Origin: a virus
Lineage: Duplodnaviria; Caudoviricetes
IMG/VR virus record: IMGVR_UViG_3300020042_005696
Span: 1 to 30,987 of that record
Length of the DNA stretch: 30,987 nucleotides
Direction: 5' to 3' (one strand)
The notes under the pieces are model-generated. The model had not been told where the DNA came from. It worked only from the letters and a program-made list of their open reading frames with translations, and searched no databases. Below are positions 23,445 to 30,987 of this stretch, piece by piece; positions within the stretch are counted from its first letter, which is position 1, and every line of letters starts with the position of its first letter. The position numbers and the translations under genes were made by a program.

Positions 23445-24176
23445 ATGCTAACGCGATTTGCTCTTGCACTCCTTTTCGTCTCACCCCTTTGTTCGTTAGT
23501 GCAAGGGCAGATCGATTTAAGCTTTACGACGGCTACTGCGCTCGAAGGCGTCAAGTCACCGCGTATCGTTGGAGATCGCATCTTAATCGGCACGGACTCA
23601 AAGCCGACATCGACGACAGTTGCGATCGTAAAAGCGATTACCGATTACAAGTTCCTCGACATCGAGGCTTACAAGTCACTCGATGAAATTGTCGTGTTGG
23701 AGAAACTCGACAGTGAGAACGAATGGTTAGTTGTTGGTAGTGGAACTATCACGGTAACAGCACTCGCATTTGATCCGGAAAAGGGCATCGCCAAGAAGCG
23801 GATCAAGATCGAGTTGTCTCCGACTCCACCTGGTCCAGATCCTGGTCCAGATCCGACACCGGACGTGCCGCCAGACGTTTTCGACAACATCGGACAACGC
23901 ATTGCTACTTGGTCTGCTGGGCTTCCAAAGCGTTTAGAAGTCGGACAAGTCTACAAAAAGTACTCTTTAGAGTTGGTCAGCAATCCAACAATGGACATCA
24001 ATCGAGCCATCGGGCTAGCGAGCACGGAGAGACTCGCTTTGCTTGGTGTGGACGCGAGCAAATACAACGACATCACTACTAAGCTGAACGCTGATGTAAG
24101 TGCAAGGTGGCCGATGAGCAAGGGCACGTTGAGCGACTACCTTGGATGCGTTGCGAAAGGGTATGGTGCGAAGTGA
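23445..24176 (+). CDS. Secreted two-domain protein with Pro-rich linker
   Basis: Signal peptide MLTRFALALLFVSPLCSLVQG; linker PTPPGPDPGPDPTPDVPP. Confidence 0.75.
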   Translation: MLTRFALALLFVSPLCSLVQGQIDLSFTTATALEGVKSPRIVGDRILIGTDSKPTSTTVAIVKAITDYKFLDIEAYKSLDEIVVLEKLDSENEWLVVGSGTITVTALAFDPEKGIAKKRIKIELSPTPPGPDPGPDPTPDVPPDVFDNIGQRIATWSAGLPKRLEVGQVYKKYSLELVSNPTMDINRAIGLASTERLALLGVDASKYNDITTKLNADVSARWPMSKGTLSDYLGCVAKGYGAK

Positions 24177-25216
24177 GCACAGTAACATTCGATCCAAACT
24201 ACATCGGTCCAATGGGCTTCGAAACGCATCAAGCCAATGCGACGATTGCCGAAAAAGTAAACACATCGAAGCGAATGCAGCATGTGTTTGCGGAAGATAA
24301 TCCAATCGTTTATCGGCAACGAGAAGCCAGATCGATACCTCCTGGGCTCGCAAAGAAGTGGGATGAATTCCAGGTCAGCAAGGGACGTTCGCCAGGGTCG
24401 CAGGACTTGACGTTGATGGTTGAATTCATCTTCGGAACTCCATGGCCGTTTCTTCCACAAGACATCGGTTCTTGTGTTTGGAGCAATACTTTTCGTCCGT
24501 GGATCGATCGTATGTGCTGGGAGATTTGTTTAAACGGAGATCCTGAGGCTTACATCGGAACAGAACAGTTTGGCGTCAAGTCGATCGCTCCGCACTGCGT
24601 CACATACGGCATCGCTCGTGAAATCGCAAACATGAGAGGGTCGGATGGTCTCTACTGTGCACCGATGGTCAAGGCATTGACTCGTGGCGTAGTCTTATGC
24701 TCGACACCGAAGGTAAAGGAACTTCACGACGCAGCTAACGCAAGCGGAGAAACCAACTATCCTGAGCCACGTAGTGCGTCGCTGTATCGCAAGATAGGAG
24801 ACTGGGCTTGGAATACTGCACTGAAGCCATACCTGTGTTGCGCGTTGCGTGAGTCTGTTGATGTTACGACAGTTGACCAACACAGACTACAAGAAGACCA
24901 ATGCAAGCCGATGATTATGTGTTCTGGTATTGCAATCAGGAAAATCGGAAACCACAAAGATGGGTTCGCGATCCATGGCATCGATCCAAATAATTCATGG
25001 GCTCACAACATGGGATTCAATGGATTCCGATTGGCTAGCGATGGCAATCGCTTTACACGTCTCGGAAACAAATCATGGACGAGACCAGGTCAAGATCCAG
25101 AGGAGTTGATTTACAATCTTCCTCCCGAGGAAATGCAAAAGATTTATCGCAAGGATATCGATGTTGCATCGATTGGCGAGATCGAAGGCTTACCACTAGC
25201 GCCACCGAGTTTGTAA
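24173..25216 (+). CDS. Papain-like (C1-type) cysteine peptidase
   Basis: GTG 24173 (GTGA overlap); QDIGSCV (oxyanion Gln, catalytic Cys), WAHNM (His), GNKSW (Asn-Ser-Trp-like). Confidence 0.7.
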   Translation: MSTVTFDPNYIGPMGFETHQANATIAEKVNTSKRMQHVFAEDNPIVYRQREARSIPPGLAKKWDEFQVSKGRSPGSQDLTLMVEFIFGTPWPFLPQDIGSCVWSNTFRPWIDRMCWEICLNGDPEAYIGTEQFGVKSIAPHCVTYGIAREIANMRGSDGLYCAPMVKALTRGVVLCSTPKVKELHDAANASGETNYPEPRSASLYRKIGDWAWNTALKPYLCCALRESVDVTTVDQHRLQEDQCKPMIMCSGIAIRKIGNHKDGFAIHGIDPNNSWAHNMGFNGFRLASDGNRFTRLGNKSWTRPGQDPEELIYNLPPEEMQKIYRKDIDVASIGEIEGLPLAPPSL

Positions 25217-25426
25217 ATGAATGAACTATGGCAGAAGATGCTTTCGGACCCAGGCCACCATTTTTGGAAGGTCATAAGGCTTGTCGTCGTCGGAGTCATG
25301 TTTTTGATTTGCGCTTCTCTTCTGTACAACAACTCGATTGCAAAAGCTGACTTCATGTCGTTGGTTTTGATTTTACTTGGGTTGGCTGGATACGACCAAG
25401 CCAAGGCATCGTTAACAAGGGAGTAA
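25217..25426 (+). CDS. Holin-like two-TM membrane protein
   Basis: Two hydrophobic segments (VIRLVVVGVMFLICASLLY; FMSLVLILLGLAGY) in 69 aa. Confidence 0.55.
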   Translation: MNELWQKMLSDPGHHFWKVIRLVVVGVMFLICASLLYNNSIAKADFMSLVLILLGLAGYDQAKASLTRE

Positions 25427-25430
25427 GAAA

Positions 25431-26066
25431 ATGGTAGTGCGAGGAATAGCAATCGTTGCAATGTGGATGCTATGCGAGGCGTTGGCGAACGCTGATTGCG
25501 GAGGAGTCCAGCGAGCAACGCCGGTGCGCAATCTCGTTGCGACCAGGCCGGTGCTAACTACGTTGCAGAAGATTCGCGCGAATGCAGTAAGTCGGCGTGC
25601 GTCGTGTTCAGGTACTCAAGCTGTCCAAGCGAGTTGCTCGGGTGCTCAAGCGGTTGGTTGTGCCGGGTCGATGGTCGTGCCGCAAGCACCGGCACCGATG
25701 CCACCAGCGGCCAAACTGATATCGGCACCTGTTCAAGACTGGATACCGATTCAAGAGTCTCCGATTCAATACGAGATCTTTCAGCCACCGACGCGTCCCG
25801 TTTGCGTTGATGGCCGTTGCGATATGGTAAACGCAACTCCGATTAGAGACGCGGTATCGAATGCGTACCAGCAAGCGTTAGCATCAGCTCAATACAGAGC
25901 CGCTAACCGCATCAAGGGGCATAGCTATCTCGACACTCATCGAACGTCTGGAGTTGGGTACGCCAGCCACGACAGCAATCCGACTACATGCCTTGGTCGC
26001 GGCGGATCGAACTACGCTGTAGTTCAAGGCACAGACGGATGGTACGCAACAAAATTCAATAAATGA
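25431..26066 (+). CDS. Secreted protein with ASCSG repeats, CVDGRC motif and possible minimal CAP/SCP-like C-terminal domain
   Basis: Signal peptide; ASCSGTQAVQASCSGAQAV; C-terminal AQYRAANRIKGH...GVGY...TC...AVVQGTDGWYA. Confidence 0.6.
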   Translation: MVVRGIAIVAMWMLCEALANADCGGVQRATPVRNLVATRPVLTTLQKIRANAVSRRASCSGTQAVQASCSGAQAVGCAGSMVVPQAPAPMPPAAKLISAPVQDWIPIQESPIQYEIFQPPTRPVCVDGRCDMVNATPIRDAVSNAYQQALASAQYRAANRIKGHSYLDTHRTSGVGYASHDSNPTTCLGRGGSNYAVVQGTDGWYATKFNK

Positions 26067-26368
26067 TGACTAATGAGCACACTGACTGGACTACATGGAT
26101 CATCACCACAATTATGGCTGCATTGACGACTATGATTGGAACAGTCGTGTTTTTGGCTAAGTTGATCGAATCGAAATACGTCATTGAGATTCGAGAGTTA
26201 AAGATGGAAATGAATGAGATGATTGTTAAGCATGAAGATTGCCTGCAAAAACATCACGAAGCGGAACTTCGGTTAGCACGTCTCGAATCGCAAGTCATCA
26301 AAAACACAACGCAAATCGGCACTAACACAACGCAAATCAAAGCACACGAAAATCATGGCAATAACTAA
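26063..26368 (+). CDS. Membrane-anchored coiled-coil protein
   Basis: N-terminal TM (WIITTIMAALTTMIGTVVFLA) followed by coiled coil. Confidence 0.65.
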   Translation: MMTNEHTDWTTWIITTIMAALTTMIGTVVFLAKLIESKYVIEIRELKMEMNEMIVKHEDCLQKHHEAELRLARLESQVIKNTTQIGTNTTQIKAHENHGNN

Positions 26369-26370
26369 TC

Positions 26371-26607
26371 ATGGCAGCAATCACAATCACGCTTAATTCG
26401 GTATGTGCTGGTGGAAACCATCTTCGGTTGCAACTAACTGGTGATGCGACAGGCACTAAGACATTGACACTTGAAGAACTAACGCTACCAATCGAAACAG
26501 AAGATAAAGAAGCATTCCTGCGAGTCATCACAAAGATGGCTCGCATGGGTCGAACAAATGCACAAGCTAGAACTCTCCTGCAAGCAGGCGTTACGGTGAC
26601 AGTATGA
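26371..26607 (+). CDS. Hypothetical protein
   Basis: Intact 78-aa ORF, ATGA overlap with next gene. Confidence 0.65.
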   Translation: MAAITITLNSVCAGGNHLRLQLTGDATGTKTLTLEELTLPIETEDKEAFLRVITKMARMGRTNAQARTLLQAGVTVTV

Positions 26608-27776
26608 GTTATGATTCTGGTATATGGTGGCCGTGGGGAACACCTCCAAGTAGTTTTGGCGCTGGTTCCGGCACAACACTGGACGCATCGGGAGAGTATG
26701 CAGCGTTTATTGGGAGGATTGCAATTGCCGGTAAGGCTACCTCCAAAACATTAGACACAACCGGATCAAGTTCGATTCGTTTTTTGCTCGCAACGGCTCC
26801 TGTATTTGATAGCATCTCACCAACCTCGGAATTCACCGTAGGCTTCAGAGGCATCGATAAGACAACAGGGCTTCCTGTTCGTCCTGATGCATCATGGGCT
26901 ACAGCAAATTATGCTCGGTCAGTGATAACGCAAGCAGCTAACACGACACCGACACTCACAACAACATCAACAACAACTGGGCATGTTGCGATTCCAACTC
27001 ATGGAACAATTACACTGAGTCACGGAGACGAAGTGTGTTTCGTAATGGAAATGACCACACGAAGTGGAAGTGATTCGGTTGTTACTGCTGGAATTGCGAG
27101 AACATCTGTTGGTTCGCAGTACCCGTGTGGAGTAACAAATGTGTCCGGAAGTGTAGCTGTAATTGGAACAATGCCAGGATCAGTAGTTATCACGTTTTCC
27201 GATGGAACGATAGGAGTAATAGATGGAACGTTTCAAGGGGTGCCATTAACGCAAACATTTAGTGACGCGACAAATCCGGATGAATATGGGCAGATATTTC
27301 AAGTGCCTTTCGCATGCAAGATTGATGCCATTGGCTTCATGATGAGGCTCGTAGACGCTACATCAGATTTAAGATTTGATCTAGTTTCAGATCCGCTAGG
27401 AACTCCCACTTCGCTTGTAAGTGGACCAATCACTTTCAACGCTGAAAACATGTCTGCTGCTAGTGACTTACCTGTAATATATTCGCTGTCTTCCGAGATA
27501 AGTCTTGCGGCAAATACAGATTACTGCGTAGCAGTTAAAGCTACGGGAGCAGGAACCATAAGATGGAATCAAGCATCACTGATGGATGCGGCAGTAAGAT
27601 CGTTCATGGGGCCGGGTGTGAACACAACGACGAAGGGCGTGACTCGCAACGGTGGCACAGGTGCCTACGGGTCTGCGAGCACTACTGTCCACAACCCCTT
27701 TGGAGTGCGAATTAGCGAGATAACAGCCAGTGGCGGTGGTGTTTCGGGAAATACCTCAGGAGGTGTACAGTGCTAG
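26604..27776 (+). CDS. Thr/Ser/Gly-rich putative virion protein
   Basis: 390 aa, beta-rich composition; two related segments (ASGEYAAFIGRI... and NPDEYGQIFQV...) hint at two similar beta-sandwich domains. Confidence 0.6.
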   Translation: MSYDSGIWWPWGTPPSSFGAGSGTTLDASGEYAAFIGRIAIAGKATSKTLDTTGSSSIRFLLATAPVFDSISPTSEFTVGFRGIDKTTGLPVRPDASWATANYARSVITQAANTTPTLTTTSTTTGHVAIPTHGTITLSHGDEVCFVMEMTTRSGSDSVVTAGIARTSVGSQYPCGVTNVSGSVAVIGTMPGSVVITFSDGTIGVIDGTFQGVPLTQTFSDATNPDEYGQIFQVPFACKIDAIGFMMRLVDATSDLRFDLVSDPLGTPTSLVSGPITFNAENMSAASDLPVIYSLSSEISLAANTDYCVAVKATGAGTIRWNQASLMDAAVRSFMGPGVNTTTKGVTRNGGTGAYGSASTTVHNPFGVRISEITASGGGVSGNTSGGVQC

Positions 27777-28825
27777 TCTCAGGCGGATCAACAGATGTAG
27801 TTAGTTATTTTCAGATGAGACTACTAGCAGGCGGAGACGCAACAGGGCTAACGATTACTGATTTCGATTTGTCGTATACTCGATCCGGTGATACGACTTC
27901 AGCTAAGGCCGATGGGGTAGCGCTTGCGGCAGCAAACACAGCACATACCGACAATCGTGGAATTGAGGTTGATGCAACTGACTGTCCAGGTCTATATCGA
28001 TTTGATTTCCCCGATGCGGCATTTGCGTCAGGAGTCCGAGAAGTACTGTTAACCGTAAAGCATACGAGTTGTTTCACGGAATCGTTAAGAGTCGAAATCA
28101 ATGCAGCGGTGAATACAGTTCAGTTTGCAGGGCAAACAATCACAGCGGCTGCCGGTGTAACGATACCATCATCGATTGCCAGTCCAACCAATATCACCGC
28201 AGCAACAGGCATCGTACTGTCTGGTGTAACTCATACGGGAGCAGTGATTCCAACGGTGACAACAACCACAACAGCAACTAACCTAACTAACGCTCCAACA
28301 TCTGGCGATCTAACAGCCACGATGAAGACATCTGTAACAACGGCAGCCACGGCAGCAACACCAATTGCAGCTAGTGTGACTGGCAACGTAGGTGGTAATG
28401 TAGTCGGAACAGTGGCGTCTGTTGTTGGTGCTGTCGGTTCCGTAACTGGTCTAACGGCTGCGAATCTAGACGCGGCAATATCTAGTCGAATGGCTACTTA
28501 CACACAACCTACCGGATTCCTAGCTGCGACATTCCCAGCTACAGTCGCAAGCACAACAAACATCACCGCAGGAACGATAACGACTGTCACCGGAGTAACT
28601 GGACTAACTACAACGACAATCGCAGATGCAGTCTTGAGCCGTAACGTCAGCAACGTCGAGGCCAGTGCGGCTGAGCACACACTTTGCACTGTCGTGCTTG
28701 CGATGCTTGAAAACTCGATCAGCAATACAACGCTAACGATCAAACGCACAGACGGTAGCACAACGCACGCTACTAAAACATTGACGGTAGACGCAGCGGC
28801 AGATCCTATAACAGGGATAACATAA
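27770..28825 (+). CDS. Putative virion fibre/appendage protein with Thr/Ala/Val low-complexity region
   Basis: N-terminal GDATGLT...EVDATDCPGLYRFDFPDAAFASG; repeats ASPTNITA/ASTTNITA, VTGNVGGNVVG; C-terminal TLTIKRTDGSTT...DAAADPITG. Confidence 0.65.
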   Translation: MLVSGGSTDVVSYFQMRLLAGGDATGLTITDFDLSYTRSGDTTSAKADGVALAAANTAHTDNRGIEVDATDCPGLYRFDFPDAAFASGVREVLLTVKHTSCFTESLRVEINAAVNTVQFAGQTITAAAGVTIPSSIASPTNITAATGIVLSGVTHTGAVIPTVTTTTTATNLTNAPTSGDLTATMKTSVTTAATAATPIAASVTGNVGGNVVGTVASVVGAVGSVTGLTAANLDAAISSRMATYTQPTGFLAATFPATVASTTNITAGTITTVTGVTGLTTTTIADAVLSRNVSNVEASAAEHTLCTVVLAMLENSISNTTLTIKRTDGSTTHATKTLTVDAAADPITGIT

Positions 28826-29316
28826 TGGCTGCTGGATTTACGAGCTATACAGGTTGGTGGGTTGGCGGATTTTCGTTACAGTACCAAGCGAGTGTTAGCA
28901 GCCTTCGGATATCCAGAACCACGATAGTAATTTCGCAGCGTACATTCGGCCACAAGTGCGAACGACGCGACATCCGCATGCACCAAGGATCGACTTGGCG
29001 TCGTCCAATTGCGTTAGTTGACTATCTTGGTGTAGCAGTAGATTTAACAGGTTGCACTTTGCGTGGAAACGTTCGCAAGAATGCGTTAGACGCAGGTACT
29101 CCGTTAATAACGATCGCATGCACAATAACAGACGCTGCGAGTGGATACGCTGAACTACTCGTTACCAACACGGTGTTGGCGGCCATCACAACAGGCGAGA
29201 GATTAAAGGACACGGCTAGCCGACATTGGTACGATGTCGAATTGGAGTGGTCAGACGGATACGTTCAACGCATCGTCGAAGGACGTGACGACATATTCCG
29301 GGAGGTGACCAAATGA
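28825..29316 (+). CDS. Virion beta-sandwich adaptor-like protein, paralog 1
   Basis: HQGSTW, VDLTGCTLRGNVRK, WYDVEL, VQRIVEG pattern. Confidence 0.65.
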   Translation: MAAGFTSYTGWWVGGFSLQYQASVSSLRISRTTIVISQRTFGHKCERRDIRMHQGSTWRRPIALVDYLGVAVDLTGCTLRGNVRKNALDAGTPLITIACTITDAASGYAELLVTNTVLAAITTGERLKDTASRHWYDVELEWSDGYVQRIVEGRDDIFREVTK

Positions 29317-29783
29317 CCCTCCCTCTAACAAGGACATCAATCGCAGTATCTCAACGAACCTTTGGGCACAGGTGCGAGAAGCGTGATATTCGGATATACC
29401 AGGGAGCGACATGGAAAGCACCTATTGCACTCGTAGACTACCTAGGGGATGCGATGGACTTAACGAGTTGCACTTTGCGAGGGAATATCCGGAAGTTGGC
29501 ACTCGATACAGGCACGCCGTTAATAACGATCGCATGCACAATAACCTCTGCGGCAAGTGGCTATGCTGACTTATTAGTCCCGAAGAATTTAACGAGCGCA
29601 CTGACAGTTGGCGAACATCCATATGCATCGGCTAGTCTCCATTGGTACGATATTGAACTCGTTTGGGACGATGCAGATGTTCAGAGAATCATCGAAGGAT
29701 CTTGCATTATAGATCGCGACGTTACGCGCACCGGCAGTGGTATTGGTTTTATGCAAATCGGAAATACGTTCCTAGTGAGTTAA
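29313..29783 (+). CDS. Virion beta-sandwich adaptor-like protein, paralog 2
   Basis: Colinear paralog of the previous gene; extra tail GSGIGFMQIGNTFLVS. Confidence 0.65.
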   Translation: MTLPLTRTSIAVSQRTFGHRCEKRDIRIYQGATWKAPIALVDYLGDAMDLTSCTLRGNIRKLALDTGTPLITIACTITSAASGYADLLVPKNLTSALTVGEHPYASASLHWYDIELVWDDADVQRIIEGSCIIDRDVTRTGSGIGFMQIGNTFLVS

Positions 29784-29787
29784 AAAA

Positions 29788-30987
29788 ATGGCTGAACAAA
29801 CAAGAACAGTGCTTAAGAGTTACTTCGAAACCGGCGACTATCCAACGCAAGCACAGTTTATTGATTTGATTGACTCACATGCGTTGGTTGCGGAAGATGC
29901 GCTTAAAGCACCTCTAGCATCTCCTACGTTCACAGGCACCGTAATTGCAAAAGGAGACTTGAATCTAGGGGAACTTGGAGCACCTGGTCACCTTCATTTT
30001 TCAGATGGTGCTGGCGGTGCTGGGGTAGAGATTGACACAGGTGTAGACACTCTAACTGTCGGTGGCACTATCGACGCGACAGGACTGAAAGTTGGCGGCA
30101 TAACAGTCCCTGCAATCGCGTACGTCAAGTTGACATCTGTTACGTATGCAATAAGTTCCAATTGGACGTACACGGGTGGAGTCGATGTACAAACAGTCGT
30201 AACGAACGAACACAGCGAAACGTTTTTCTTAATTGCTCCGGGGGGTTATACGTGGAGTAATAATGAGACGTACATTTTGCTGCCACGGTACAGCGCGATG
30301 ACGTTCGTTAAGAGATCAGTGTTGGCAGGATCAATCGTCGAGATTATTTCGGACGTAGTACCGCAGATAGCACAATTCGAGCCAGTGACCGTTGCTGAAA
30401 TGGTCGCACTCGCAAAACTACCAGACGACAAGCTAGTGAGCCTCAGCGGGTACTACGCGCGAAACGATGGCGGTGGACAGGATCTTGTTTATCGATCTAC
30501 TGGCCGGGTTGCAAATGCAATTACTAATAATCTTGGTTTGGATTTCTTCGGGCCGGGTGCTGACGACTATTTTGCCGCTGTCGATCGAGAAATAACGGCC
30601 AAGAGATTTGGTTGCAAGGGCGATGGTGCGACAAACGACAGAGCACGTTTAGTTGCTGCTGATACTCTCGGATCGGTTTGGCTTGAGTCAGGTACTTATG
30701 TAATTGCTACGAGCGTGACGCTTACTAACAAACTCGTGTTTGCGCCGGGAGCAAAACTAAAGCCAAGCAGCGGAGCGACTGTGACGCTATCGGGAGGGTA
30801 TACGTCAGAAGAGACGCAGCAAGTATTCGACGTAACTGCTGGTGGGACAATCGCAGTTCGAAAGCAATCATACCTAAACGTTATGCACTTCGGTGCTCTT
30901 GGCGACTACGCATACCCGTCATCGGGAACAGACAACTACGCCGCAATCCAAGCGTGCTTCACCGCTGCTTCTGTATTAGCAACGGCG
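29788..30987 (+). CDS. Tailspike/tail fibre with probable beta-helix depolymerase (3'-truncated, absent from ORF track)
   Basis: ATG 29788 open to window end: MAEQTRTVLKSYFETGDYPTQAQFIDLIDS...KAPLASPTFTGT...GYYARNDGGG...KRFGCKGDGATND...NVMHFGALGD...TDNYAAIQAC. Confidence 0.85.
   Translation, partial: MAEQTRTVLKSYFETGDYPTQAQFIDLIDSHALVAEDALKAPLASPTFTGTVIAKGDLNLGELGAPGHLHFSDGAGGAGVEIDTGVDTLTVGGTIDATGLKVGGITVPAIAYVKLTSVTYAISSNWTYTGGVDVQTVVTNEHSETFFLIAPGGYTWSNNETYILLPRYSAMTFVKRSVLAGSIVEIISDVVPQIAQFEPVTVAEMVALAKLPDDKLVSLSGYYARNDGGGQDLVYRSTGRVANAITNNLGLDFFGPGADDYFAAVDREITAKRFGCKGDGATNDRARLVAADTLGSVWLESGTYVIATSVTLTNKLVFAPGAKLKPSSGATVTLSGGYTSEETQQVFDVTAGGTIAVRKQSYLNVMHFGALGDYAYPSSGTDNYAAIQACFTAASVLATA

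Noticed and set aside
28825-29783. Duplicated region as a diversity-generating retroelement TR/VR pair
   Set aside because: No reverse transcriptase in the window, differences are not adenine-specific, and both copies are full ORFs.
21-30431. Minus-strand ORFs in the track
   Set aside because: They lie antisense to well-supported + strand genes or regulatory regions and have no recognisable motifs; treated as shadow ORFs.
1-30987. Stop-codon reassignment
   Set aside because: Genes are intact under the standard code and end with TAA, TGA and TAG; the single TAA at 2364 is isolated.

Overview
The window is a ~31 kb segment of a tailed dsDNA bacteriophage (HK97-fold head, siphovirus-type non-contractile tail) with essentially all genes on the + strand. 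Gene order: portal (N-terminus probably cut off), ClpP-type prohead protease, SAM methyltransferase, structured leader, major capsid, putative decoration protein, glycosyltransferase, head-tail joining genes, tail tube, tail chaperone with a -1 frameshift, tape measure, then tail-tip genes including a ~30-Cys protein. Next come an Erv1/Alr-like sulfhydryl oxidase, early promoters and an HTH gene, CsrA, RecE-like exonuclease plus Bet, a replication module (initiator with iteron-like repeats, PrimPol, DnaB), RusA, an RNAP alpha-CTD-like protein and an AlpA-like HTH. The window ends with a putative lysis/envelope cassette built around a papain-like peptidase, Thr-rich virion proteins, a tandem paralog pair and a tailspike-like gene that runs off the right end. 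No integrase, tRNA, CRISPR array or recognisable muralytic endolysin is visible. CsrA, the free alpha-CTD and the style of the secreted proteins suggest a Planctomycetota host (inference). The most striking feature is the Erv/ALR-family oxidase, a family known from eukaryotes and eukaryotic large DNA viruses. It has a CxC motif and is translationally coupled to the cysteine-rich tail protein, suggesting a phage-encoded disulfide-formation system for the virion. All protein calls are by-eye motif recognition; no database searches were run.
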